Source of the DNA: Candidatus Omnitrophota bacterium
GTDB lineage: Bacteria; Omnitrophota; Gorgyraeia; Zapsychrales; JANLHA01
Assembly (NCBI GenBank): GCA_031423615.1
Contig: JANPFV010000055.1
Coordinates: 474 to 64,473 of the forward strand
Direction of reading: 5' to 3'
DNA length: 64,000 nt
Part shown: positions 27,401 to 39,400 of the stretch, one piece after another
How positions within the stretch are numbered: the stretch's first letter is position 1
Layout of the letters: the number at the start of each line of letters is the position of its first letter
The notes under the pieces: generated by a model
Databases searched by the model: none
What the model saw: only the letters and a program-made list of their open reading frames with translations
What the model was told of the DNA's origin: nothing
Position numbers and translations under genes: made by a program

Positions 27401-30400
27401 GTTTTTCAGTCCGCCCAACCTCACAATGGCGTTAAATATACAGGTCTTTCCCAACAAGATAGTTCTTCTCTTCGCGTGTCCGCGCCATCGCAAAATGACG
27501 TTAAAGAAGAAGGCCTTTCTGATCAAGGAGATTCTTCCGCATCCAGCCCGCTCCAAAATCATGCTTTGCCGCGGGAGGGTTTTGCCGTGGCCATGTTAAA
27601 AGAAATTATCACCGCGGGTCCTTTGGCAACGGGCCGTTCCGTCGTGGTCGTAGTCGAAGGCCAGACATGGATTCTCCTTGCGACAAACAGCCAAACCGCT
27701 TTGAACTCTCCTCTTACTCCTCTTGAAAATCTTGCCCAGAATTTAGCCGGTTTATTTACTTTTGCCAGTGCCAGTTCGGCTTTGGTAGATGAAGCGCAGG
27801 CTGTGGCGGTAAAAGTACTGTCCCCGGCAGAGGCGGCTTGGGCCCAGCGTACGGTAGAGTTGTTAGAAGGGTATAAAGAAGCGGGAACGGTTGTGGCTGA
27901 TGAAACCTTCGCCGCGGTATGGTTAATGGGCCTTTCGCCATCGTTCATATTGCCTGCGTCTTTACAAGGTGCATCTTTATCCGAAATGACGCGGCAATTT
28001 TATAAAGTCCATCATCTTGTTTATGCCCCGCGGCTTCATCCCAACGGTTCGCCTCTTCATCAAAGGGCGGTTTCAACATGGATGCAGGATTTTATTTTGA
28101 ATATCGCAGACGATCAGGTTCTTTTGTTTGCTTTTGCGGAAATGATAGCCACTCTCGAACAGGCCGGGCAAGCTAGCAGGGAGGAACAGGAATATTGGGC
28201 GCGAAGGGCAAATCATATTTTTGGGAACGTGGCCAATGTTTTACGCAGGTCGGATATTGCGGCCGCGATTCGTATCGCCAGTTTAAAACTCCTTGAGCCA
28301 GAAGAACATAAGCGCACAGAAAGATTAAATGAAAAAGTCACCCGTATGAATGAAGAAAAACGCCATACCTACTTGGCCCGACAGGTTTATAAGTTAAAGC
28401 AATATTTTGAGGCCCACGGCGTTGATTTGCATGGCATTAAATTTTATTTGCGGGTTAAAGATGCCGCATCCTTGCTTAATAAGCTCAATCGTCGCCAATT
28501 AACAATTCAAGAAATTGTCGATCTCTTCGGCATCATGATCATAGTACCCGACGAAGAACACAATATAACTCTTTACGCTATTATTGGTTTATTGTCAGAT
28601 TTGCAAGGAGATAACGTTAAAAACCATAAGATTCAAGAGGCGCCGAATTTAATTTTTGTGGAAGCTGACTTCCATGAACGGCTTGGCAATGATAGCTGGG
28701 AGATGGTTATGAAGGATGTCAGGGGCAATCCTTTTGACGTTACGGTGATGGATGAAACCAATTACGGAAGATTTTTGACGAACGCAGAGTTTGCCTATTG
28801 GAAATTCGCCGCCCGCAAAGATCCTGCCCTCAAAGAGCAATTATTCGATAAATTCCCTAACTTTAAGCCCAGCGGCGATTTGGCTCGTGATTATCTCGCT
28901 TTGCGTCATCTGCTCCGTAACAAGATTGCTGTACGTGTTGTGGTTCGGAATAGTAAACAAAATAATAGCTTTGCTGTTTATCCCCTTCTCATGGAGCGTA
29001 AAAAAGTGGACGGCCGCGCCGTAGGTCCTGTTCCTGCTGACGCCGCCGCTTATTGGCGGGCCAACATGTTAAATGAAGAATACAGTTACTCATCGGAAGC
29101 GGTTTTATTTGTTAATGCCGGTCAAATTGTCGTGCAATTAAAAACCGCCAGATTAAGGGAAAGCACGCCATTAAAAACCGGCCAGGTTTTGCATTTTACC
29201 AATGGAACATCATCGGCCAATTGGAACGAGATCAGGCATAGGGCGACCACTACCCGGGCTAGGTTAATGGCTGAAATTGTTGACCTTAATTCTAAACAGA
29301 GAAAAGCATTGGCGCAAGAGGGTCAACGAAGATTGTCCCAAGAAGCCGGTCTCACCGGAAGTGCACAGGAAATAACCGTACTGGAAGAGTGGAGTAGTGA
29401 TTCCCATATGCTAGTCATTGGGGAAAAAGAGAATTTTCTGCAAGAACTTTATATGGCTTTTGCCAAGGGTTTGATTGATTCCCATGAACTTAACCGAATG
29501 TTTGAAGCCGCAGGAAGCCTGCTTTTGGCCAAAGCGCGGATTATCAGTGCGACCGGCGATAAAAAGAGTGATCTGCGCATAGAATCAATATTAAGTCTTT
29601 TTCCGGAAGTTCCTGTGCAATATACCCGCAACATTGTTGTTTTTGCTCAAGCCATCGGGCGCGGCTTAGTCAATGTTAAGACCATCAATGAAAGATTAAG
29701 TTTACCAGGCTTGAGAGTTTCTATTCAACACGTGTGGATGGCGCCCTCACCTGAAGTTGTCAACAGGACGTCTATACCGGTTTGGATTTTAATTGTTACC
29801 GGAGATTATAATCATCATGGTTTATTTTTACCGATAACGTCTATTCTGTTTGAAAAGGGTATTAATATTATCGAGATTCAGACCTTAAATAATAAAGGAT
29901 TCGGCGCGCAATTTATTCTTGATGAAAATTGCGATGGCCAGGCTTTAGCAATGTCTATCGAGGCCATCGGCCGCATTCCGGATATGGCTGTAGATGTTGC
30001 GAGGAATTATCATCAATTAGTAATGAGGGTAAACATCCCGAATCAGCCGGGAACTTTAAATACTCTTTTACGTTCGCTATTAGAATCCTACCCGGTCGAC
30101 ATTCAATCTCTACGCGCCAAGGTCGGTCCCAATAATCGAGATAAAAAGAAATATGCCCAGATCGATATGGTCCTTAACCTTCCTCCCGAAATCAAAGAAT
30201 CTGACCTTACCCAGACGATTATCCAGACGCTTGACCAAATTAAAAAGGAAAAGGGAAATGGGAATGGAAAGGGAAATGGGAATGGGAATGGGAATGGAAA
30301 GCGGAATGGCCGCCCGGTTAAGGGCGAGAATTTCTCCGCCTCCTCAACAATAACCGGAAATAATCCAAACATTATTTCTTACGCTTTGCCTGATTTCTGG

Positions 30401-33400
30401 GTCATGGCCTCAGCCAGAGACCTGGCCGCGCAAGAAGAAACCAAAGATGGCAAAGAAACTGTCACATTTACCGAAGCCTTCGCAAAAATTGAGAGGCTTT
30501 TGCGTCATTTTAAACGCGAAGGGGCGACGGGCATTTATATTTACGGTATTAATAAAACGGCCCCGCTGGGAGAAAAAGTTCATACCGTTCCGACGACAGG
30601 ACGTTATTTCTTGCCTGCGGCCCAACCTTTGGTGACGGTGAATGGCTATCAGACCAAGGTCAATGATGTGGGGACGGGAGTTCCCCTCAGAGATGACCGG
30701 GGAAATATTTTCTCGATAGTTGATATGAATATGCTCGATCCCGGCATGGGGCGTCCGGGCATGAACAATGATGATCTTTGGATGGCTCTTGGTCATTTGA
30801 CCCAGGCCGCTGAAAATTATGGTCTTAAATTGGTTACGGATTTTATATGCTGGCTTTCTCCGGACGCCATTGATGAAGGGAATCTCGATTGGACCATTTG
30901 GCAACCCTTGAGTCCAAAGCAATCTGGACAATCCGATCAAGATCTTTTATTAGCGAATGAAGACTCAGCGATTATTCGCAACAGCAACGGTGAACGCATA
31001 GCCATGGCCATGCATCTTTTTCCCAGCAACAAAGATCAGGTGATTTTAAACGCCTTTCATCCCTTTGTTGTGGCCTACTATATAAGGACTTTGCAAAAAT
31101 ACATGGAGGTAGGCATTTATATCGTCCGGGTGGATCTGGGCCATCAACTTCTTAAGAAAAACTTATTGAATTATTTTAAAAATCCTCAGCAACGAAGCCA
31201 ATATTCGCAATACCCGGAACCGTGGGAAGTTATTTTTATCGCGGCCCAGCAGATGGCTCGTAGTCAAGGAGCGAGATTCCGTTTTCTTTTTGAAACTTAT
31301 GATGAAGAGGAACAGAGGATATTGCAAGACATAGCTCAAAAGACAGGCGTTGATATTGAGTTTTATTATAGTGAAATTTATCATCAATATCGCGCCAGAA
31401 ATATTCTTGAACTTGCCTGGAAAATGGCCCATGCGTTTAATTCTCGTCACAGTTTGCGCACCTTTGTTTCGGAATTTGATGATGAGCCTTTGGCTCACAT
31501 GGGAGGACCGTTTAAAGGGTTCTTTAAATTCTTTATGGTCCACGCGGCCTTTGGATTAAAGTCTATGGCCGATACCCGTGAGTTGACCGGGCAAGAAGCA
31601 CAAATCTTAACTGTTTCCGGCGGATTAGAAACCCATCTTGTTTGTTCGCCGGCAGAATATCAAGGGCGAAATACTTTTGAAAAGCATGCCCAGATCATAA
31701 ACTCGACGGACTGGCGTGAACAATTGGCTGAAATTTTTCCAGAGGGATGGCTTCCGGCAGAAAATATTTTGCAAGACAATCACCCGGGATATCCTTCTCT
31801 GTATTTGGATTATGGAAATCGCAATCACCGAAATCGGTTTATTGCGTTGGGATGGATGGCCGGCGGAAAACTAAAAATTTATATATTTAAGGGCCGTCCG
31901 GCTGGCAAAGAGCAGAAAGTTTGGATTCAAATCCCTGAACAAATTCTTGCCGCCTCAGATTATGGGCTTCGCAAGTACCATCAAATTATTTTTGCCGCTC
32001 ATGAAGAGTATAAGTTCATGAGACTTTCTTTGGAACCGGACCGTGATTTATCAATGGCGGGTTATGAGGACGATGAGGTGGCTCGTAATTTAGCGCAGAT
32101 GTATGAGCAGAAAACAGGCGATTTCGGTTGGGCGGGACATTTGAAAGAAGATTATTATTCTTATTATCGCCGCACTCCGGGCGGACGAAAAGTTTTTGCG
32201 CGGCTCATGGAAAAATTATGGGCTGATGAGCAAAAAAGATTTGTCGACGGTTTGCAGTGGATTGATCAACAACTTTCTGCTTCATCTGAGATTCAGGAGA
32301 ATGAGAATGTCTTCGTTTCTGCCAGCTCTCCTCTTTATACACCGGTCATGAATCAAATTGTTGAGTTTGGAAATCAAGGCTGGCGTGTTGCAGAGGACAC
32401 TCAACTTGTGGTAGCAGATTTTGCGAAGGACAATGAAAAGTTGCATGTTGTTGTTTCTCGGGTCCATTTTATTTTGAAATACGACCGTCAATATAGAGAA
32501 TTACTATGCATAAATTTAGCGGGCGGTCATTTGAAAATCACCCGCAATAATAAAATAGGTCAAATTCCGATGCAATATGCGGAATTAAGAAGCGTCCAAT
32601 TTGTTGAGGAAGGAAATTTAGATGGTTTAACGGGACGGCATGTTATGGTCCTGGGATTTGATCAGGATGCTGTACACGAAAGAGAGGATTTCTTTAGAAG
32701 AAATCTGTCTCCCGCCTATTTGCGTTTAGTGGACAGTCCCTATCAACTGGCTGTTCAATTCAAATCCATAAACAGCCATTCCGCCTCATCGTCTATTATT
32801 CCGGTCAAGGTTTTATTCCCCGGCTTGGCTTTTGGACCGGTTAAATTATGGATTCCCGGCAGTGACTTTTCTCAGTTTAAAGGGACGATCGTCTTGGCCA
32901 GAGAATTGTCCGGCCATGAGGTTATTGAATTACGAAGAAACCACGTCGCCGGCTTTATCACGCTTACGGGAAATTATTCTCTCGGTGGGGGCGCGATCCC
33001 GGGGCTTCCCTGGGTCATAATATCTCAAGAAAGGTCACGTCAATTGCGGGAAGGCAAAGAAATCATTCTCGACACGCGGTTGGAAAATATTTTTTCTCCC
33101 CAAAACTATGGAATCCGGCGGGCCTCGGATGTACGGTTTAGCGAAGCGGCCCAAGCCCTGACTCAGGAAGCCCAAGGGTCTTCAGAGCAAATGGCCTATA
33201 TTCTTCATTGGCTCACCACCGAACTGGATATGATTTGGGTCATTGCCCGACGCTACCAAAAATCTGTTGTAGACAATACCGAAACCATGGGTTCTTTTTA
33301 TCGATTCATCGATGAAGAATTAAAGCCGCTGCGTCAACAAACCATTTATCAGCAACTTTATCTGGGTACGGCGGTCCGTTGGGAAGCGGCCATGGCCCAT

Positions 33401-36400
33401 GCCCGAGCCGAGCAGGATAAAGAAAAAATCAAAATAATTTTTGCGGAATATGTGGCTTGGTTAAGGAAGGTGAGAGGAAAGATTTTAGATCATACGACAC
33501 CCCAAGAGCAAAAGGCCTTGACCGGTTTCGCCCGGGCGATTGTTGATCTGGATATTGATGAAGCGTTAAACCAGGATGCCCTCTCAGATTTGGAGGCTAT
33601 CGGAACAGCATTAGGACTAGACATTCTTCATAACGAAAATATCGGCGCGGTCATTCAGGACAATATGATTCAAAGAGAAAAGCTCCGTGTTTCCAAGGAC
33701 AGCGTTTTGGCGGATTATTATTCGCATTTTATTGTGAGTTTGAAACCAGCTGAGGCTGTCGTGGATATGGAGACATTGAGCGTAGCCGACCGGCATATTG
33801 CTGGATTTAATGCTTATGGTTTGGCCTTGATGAGGGAAATTACAAAATATTTGAGGACCCATGGTCATAACGTGAGAATGGCCCGCGGTTTTGTGGTATT
33901 GCGGTACGTTTTTGAAACGCCGGAATTTGTTGAGTTTAACTCCACCATTTTAGAAATTCTTAACAACCGTCCGGCAGATGGGGCCAAGCGAGTCAGGGCC
34001 GCAATTGAAAGGGTTATCTTAAGCGAGGAATTCAAAACAAAAGTCACACAAATGTTTCAAGACATTTTGCCTGGCCAGAGAGCCATGGTCAGTGTTTCTA
34101 CGCCGATAGATCCACTCTTGTCGGACGAAGAAATATTGCCGGAACCTGTGGATGCCTCGAAGGTCGTTGACATTCTTAAAGACGTTTGGATCCGGCATTT
34201 TAATGACGAGTGGTTTGAGCGCGTATCACAGATCCAGCAATGGGCTAAGGAGAGTTCGGTACATCACAATTTTGTTATTGAACGGTATTATCCGGCGGTT
34301 ATTTTCCACGAATTCATCGGCGCCAGAAATCGGGTCTCGGTAAACATGGTCAATCCATTCACTGGCCATACAAAAGAAATGGCGGTGGCCGCGGGCCATG
34401 ATTTGATTATTGCGGAGCAAGCGACAGGCAAGAAACGTTATGAATATCGCGGTGATGGCGTCGGTATTGCTATGTATCCGTTCATTAAAGACTTGCTTCG
34501 ACAGCTGGCCAGGACCCTGTCTATTGTCAACCGGGCCCCGTTAAGGATTAAATTCATCCGCAAGCCAGATGGAGAGGTTGTCATCTGGGGAGCAGTTCCA
34601 GTTTTATTGCCCGGCGGGCTTAAGAATTTTGGTATGCACTCCACATTATCCGCCCGGTTGATCGAAGTGACTCCGGAAGGCGGGTTGAGAATAACGGTGC
34701 GTTTTGAAAGTGATTTTGATTTAAGGACAACCGACATCGCCGATATGAATAAGGCAACCAATCCCATCCAGATCATTGATTTAGAAACCAACAGTGTGAT
34801 TGAAGAGTTTGAATGGTCCATTAAAGAGAAAAATGTTTTGATGCTGAGCATTGAAAAACTATTGCGGACTTTTACCCTTAAATTAGACCGTGGTTTCGGG
34901 CGCGGGCCGGACGGCCAAACCCGAACCTATCTCAAATACCCCTTGGTGGCCGTGGAACCATTTTTATATGCTATTACCGTAGAGGGTAGAAAAATTACTG
35001 TACCAGAAATGAGAACTTTCGACGAGGTTTTAGTGTGGTATGAAAATAATTTGGCAGAAGAAAAAATGGCTGCCTCTTCAGCCCTCACTCTCGACGGAGA
35101 AAACGATCTTCTTCAGCTTGCCAGCTCATCGTCGGCTGTAAATCATACTATTCGTTCGCTCCCGGGTGGAAAACCCCTGACCGATGATGAATATACTCAA
35201 GCGAGAACGGGCCATGATCTTGAAAAACTGGCAAAGAGCAGTAAGGCAGATGAGATTTTGGCCGCAGGCAGGGACTTGGCTATCGAGACGTTATGGAAAT
35301 TTGCCGAGGACGCCCGAGCAATGGCCTTGCAGAATTTATCTTCGCAAAGAAATGTTCATATTATTGTAGGGCCTTTCCGCGGATTTTTAGCAGCCGGTTA
35401 TGAAGAAAAAGGCATAAAAACTATTTTGCTTTCAAATTATTATGAAAGCCATTACACCAAAACCGAGGTCGTAGTCAGTCTAATCTATGTCGCTGACCAT
35501 TTGGTGTTCCCCGATCCGGAAAGAGTCAAGCGCCTGACTCAAGAATTTTTGCAGGAAGAAGCACGAGTGCCGGCAACCTGGGACATGGTGAAATTGGTTT
35601 ATGACCATACAAGAAAGATGATTGAGAGTCATCCTCTCGATTGGGAAAAACGGATTTATACAAGTTATGCCCAGAATGGAGCCAGTGCTTGGCGGAGAGT
35701 TTATATGGAAGTTTTCCGCCGCTTGTCTCTTACGACCGATAGTCAGGATATTAGAAGAAAAATATCGTGGATTCTGGGACAAACAGAATTTCTGGGTTTT
35801 GATGTATGGCAAGAAGTGATGGACAATGAAAAGGCCGTGGAGACGACCTTAAGGGCTATTAACACAGCCAATCTGGTGAATAGGCAAGCCCTTGTTCATC
35901 AACTCCTCAGTGTCCTCAATGCGGATTGGGAAAATAAAGAAGAACCGGCTTATCAGCGGGCCATGGGGGTTTTAGACGGACTAGTTAAAGCCATTCCATC
36001 GGGTATGGAAAAGTTAGCGACCCCGTTAAGCCGTACGGAACCTTCTTACAGTATCGCCTTGACATGGCTGAGTAAGCAGGGTTTTCAGGATGCCCATCAC
36101 ATTGCGACAATGCTAAGGTCGGTGATGAGTAATTCTCATATTAAAGTTGTGGAATTTGAAGGTTTTCTTTTACCGGCGACATTATATGAATTTGTCGACG
36201 ATCAAGGAAGAAAAAGGACCACCATTTTAGTGTCCCGCTTTTATGTTGAAAAAGGAAATGAAGTCCAATTGGCAGGGGGGTTGATCTATGCCATAGGAAA
36301 AAGGCTGGGTTATCCGCAAGCTTTAATGATGGTGATCAAGAATGCCTTTTTTATTGATCAAGCGAAGAAAACTGTCGGTCCTCTGGCCAAGAAATTTACT

Positions 36401-39400
36401 GAAAGTTTTGTCCCGGTCGCCATGACCCTTTTTAACACGATGGTTGATATCAATCCGGTATTACAAGCCATGCTTCCGCCGTTTCTTGTCGGAACAATCG
36501 AAGAAGTTGTAGAAAGCTTGATGCCCAGTAAGATCCACCAAATGCGGGACACGATCAGTAAAATTTCAGAAGAACTCGACACCTTGATCCGTCATGAATT
36601 GGCCATGGGATTGGATCAGGGGATGACTTTCCCGGAAGTCAAGGATCGTTTAGAAATGATCGCCAGTTTCGCCTTTGGGAAAGACTTGGATGAATTGCCG
36701 GTTTTAGAATCGGTTCCTGATCGTGAGCTTCAATCCCCCGAAGGCTTGGCCTGCGTTAAAATTTATTCTCCTTATTCAACTGATCAAGAACAAGCCGCGG
36801 ATACAAAAATACATACCACCTTGATCGTAATGCCCGACTGGCGGCATTCTAATTTGCATGTTTCTCCTGATAAAGATTTGGTCGAAAAGTTCCGTAAGCA
36901 AGGACAGCGCGTTGCTGTGCTGGAATGGCAAAACCCGAAAGAAAATTATTCTTTTGGCATATTTTTACACGTGATCCATTTCTTTGTGGAAGAACTTGGA
37001 AAAGATGGGCCGGTGGATGCCATAGGATATTCGCAAGGCGGGGCATTTCTTTTATTAATGATTGCTTTGACCGAATTTAATCCTAACAACAGCGGCCGTA
37101 AAAATATTCCTGTGGCAGTAATGACCAGTGAAAATGACATCATGGTTTCTTCTCAATCAACCGCAGTCATGGTGCTGGTTCTGGAAAGAAACACAGGAAG
37201 TCGAGAAGATGAAGTTGCCATTTTTGATTCCGATGCCGTCCATGAGTTGCTCCTGACCGACGGACCCGCCTGGGACTCTTATTTGGAATGGAGAAGTTCC
37301 CATCTTTTTACCGGTACTGGCTTGGCTTCCTTATTGTTGGTGGGAACGCCTGTGGGTGTTGGTTTCTTTGAAAACATGGGAGGATCCACTCAAATCAAGC
37401 AAATGAAGCAAATGATGATGGACCGCAAAACAGGCAAATTGCCCGGTCGTTTGTTTGCCCAGTCGACTCTGCTTCTCGCCGGAGGAGATTATCTCAGGAG
37501 GATGACGAGTCAAGCTTTTGCGGAAATTTCCTGCACCGATCCGGCCGTTTTTCGCTATGCCATGGATTACCGTGGCCGTTGGCAGGAACAATTGGACCAA
37601 CTGCAGAATATAGCAAACGGAAAAATATCAGCCGCTGATTTAAAAGAGGCGACGCTGTTATTGCATTATGTCAGCCGTAACAGTCTGGATCATTCACCCG
37701 AAACTTTTAAAAAAGCAGTGGGTGAATTTAGACAAGAATTGCTGCGCTTTATTGAAGATGCTCTTTTGCGGAAATGGACCTTGAATATGCCTGATCTTGA
37801 TGCCGAAGCTCTCTTTGCATATCTTAGCTTGGTTTTTGGTGAGGAATATTTGACCAGCCTATCCGCCCAGGAAGTCTTTCAATTAAAACTCAACGCCTCC
37901 TCTGCCTCATCGGCGCTGGATCATTTTCCGGCTGTTGTATCAGGTCAATTGAGCCCGGAATTGGTAGAGCGTATTCGTATTTTAGCGGACGCGGATTTAA
38001 CGAATTTTCGTAGTAACGAGAATTTGGACAAAATCGATAGACTTTTTGGCGAATTAAGCGATATCGGCGGCGAAGACGTCTGCAATGTCGCGCTGTGGTT
38101 GATAGATGAGCAGTTAAAAAAGATTACTTATCAAGATTGGCCTTTGGAATTTGTGGTCTTGACCGGGAATCGGGTCCAATTTATGGCGACCTTGGGACAT
38201 TTTGAAGGATTTCAGGCGAGCTTGAGAATATATGAAAAAGGAATCCACGAAATGGTTGAACATAATAAAAAAAGCCCCAAACCTATAAAGAATTTCTTCC
38301 TGCCTTATAAAATTCTTATGGAAGTGTATTCCACGCTGACTGTGCTGATCGCTGCCCATGACGCCCCGGACATTCTTCTGGGTGTGGCCAACGCCGCTCT
38401 GATTTTTAAGAATTCCGTCGGGCAAGAGCTAGGATATCCTAAGGAAACCGCGATTATTTATCATCAAATGGGAATGGTTTATTGGAAACAAGAAGATTAT
38501 AAGCGTGCGCTGGAATATTTTGTAAAGGCTGAGAAACTGGATTCAACCGAGGTCATTTATGGTTTGCAGCATGCTCGCGCTTGGAAAAGGCTTGGCTACT
38601 TGGATAGGGCGAGGACACAAGCCCAGGAGACAATCGCGCGTGTTAAAGGAAAGGGCCGGGCCCATTTTATCTATGGCCTGACCGTCGTTGAAGAAGCTGA
38701 AAGGTCAGGTTCCCAATTACCGGTCGAGGAGGGAATAGAACATTTAAAGAAGGCCGCGGCCTTAGACGAAATTGCCCAAGATCTGCCTGCGAATGCCGTT
38801 GCCCAAATAGAGAAAGATTTAGCTCAAGCCAAGATCCGCCTGGATGCGGCACGTAAAGATAAAGATCTTATAGCAGAAATTGCCGTGCTGGTTAAGCTCT
38901 CAGTCGCCAGTACACCTGCTGATAATCTTTGGGCGGTTTTGGAACCTTATTTGCAAAATGAGGGAGATGTCTTTTTATTAGCGGCGATTGAAGGATTGGC
39001 GGGACATGATCGCCGGTTTAGAAAAGTTTCAACGCCTTTATTGGTGATGTTGATATTACACCCGCGCGTGGGGGTGAAATCACGCAACGCTCTTAATAAA
39101 GAATATGCCCTTCGCGCGCGGGAATGGCTTCAGGTCAGTGAAGAAATCATTGGCCTTGATCAAACGAAAATCCCTTCGGATGAGCTCACAGCGCATGTTG
39201 TCTTGGGCGCGGAACTGTTTAGCGCTATTGAAAAGAAAGCAGAAAAGACATTTGAATTAAAGCCCGCAGAATGGAGCCGGGCCCGGGTTTTATTGAAAGA
39301 ATTATCAGAATTGTCAGAAAAATTGGCAAAGCACTTGGCGGCAGAATTAGCGGCGCAATTGGCGTCCCAAGAGCAGGCAGAGAAAACCATTGATTTGGAT

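Noticed and set aside
30103-30372. Minus-strand ORF encoding 'FPFPFPFPFPFPFPFPFSF'
   Set aside because: It is the reverse complement of the in-frame GN hexanucleotide microsatellite of the giant gene. It lies entirely antisense within the giant CDS, so it is spurious.
30410-30940. Minus-strand ORFs of 100-176 aa scattered inside the giant gene (for example 30410-30940, 10106-10543, 2482-2928, 34438-34851, 27559-27948)
   Set aside because: All lie antisense to a continuous + strand CDS with clear protein motifs. They have no recognisable motifs and low-complexity composition. These are chance antisense ORFs.
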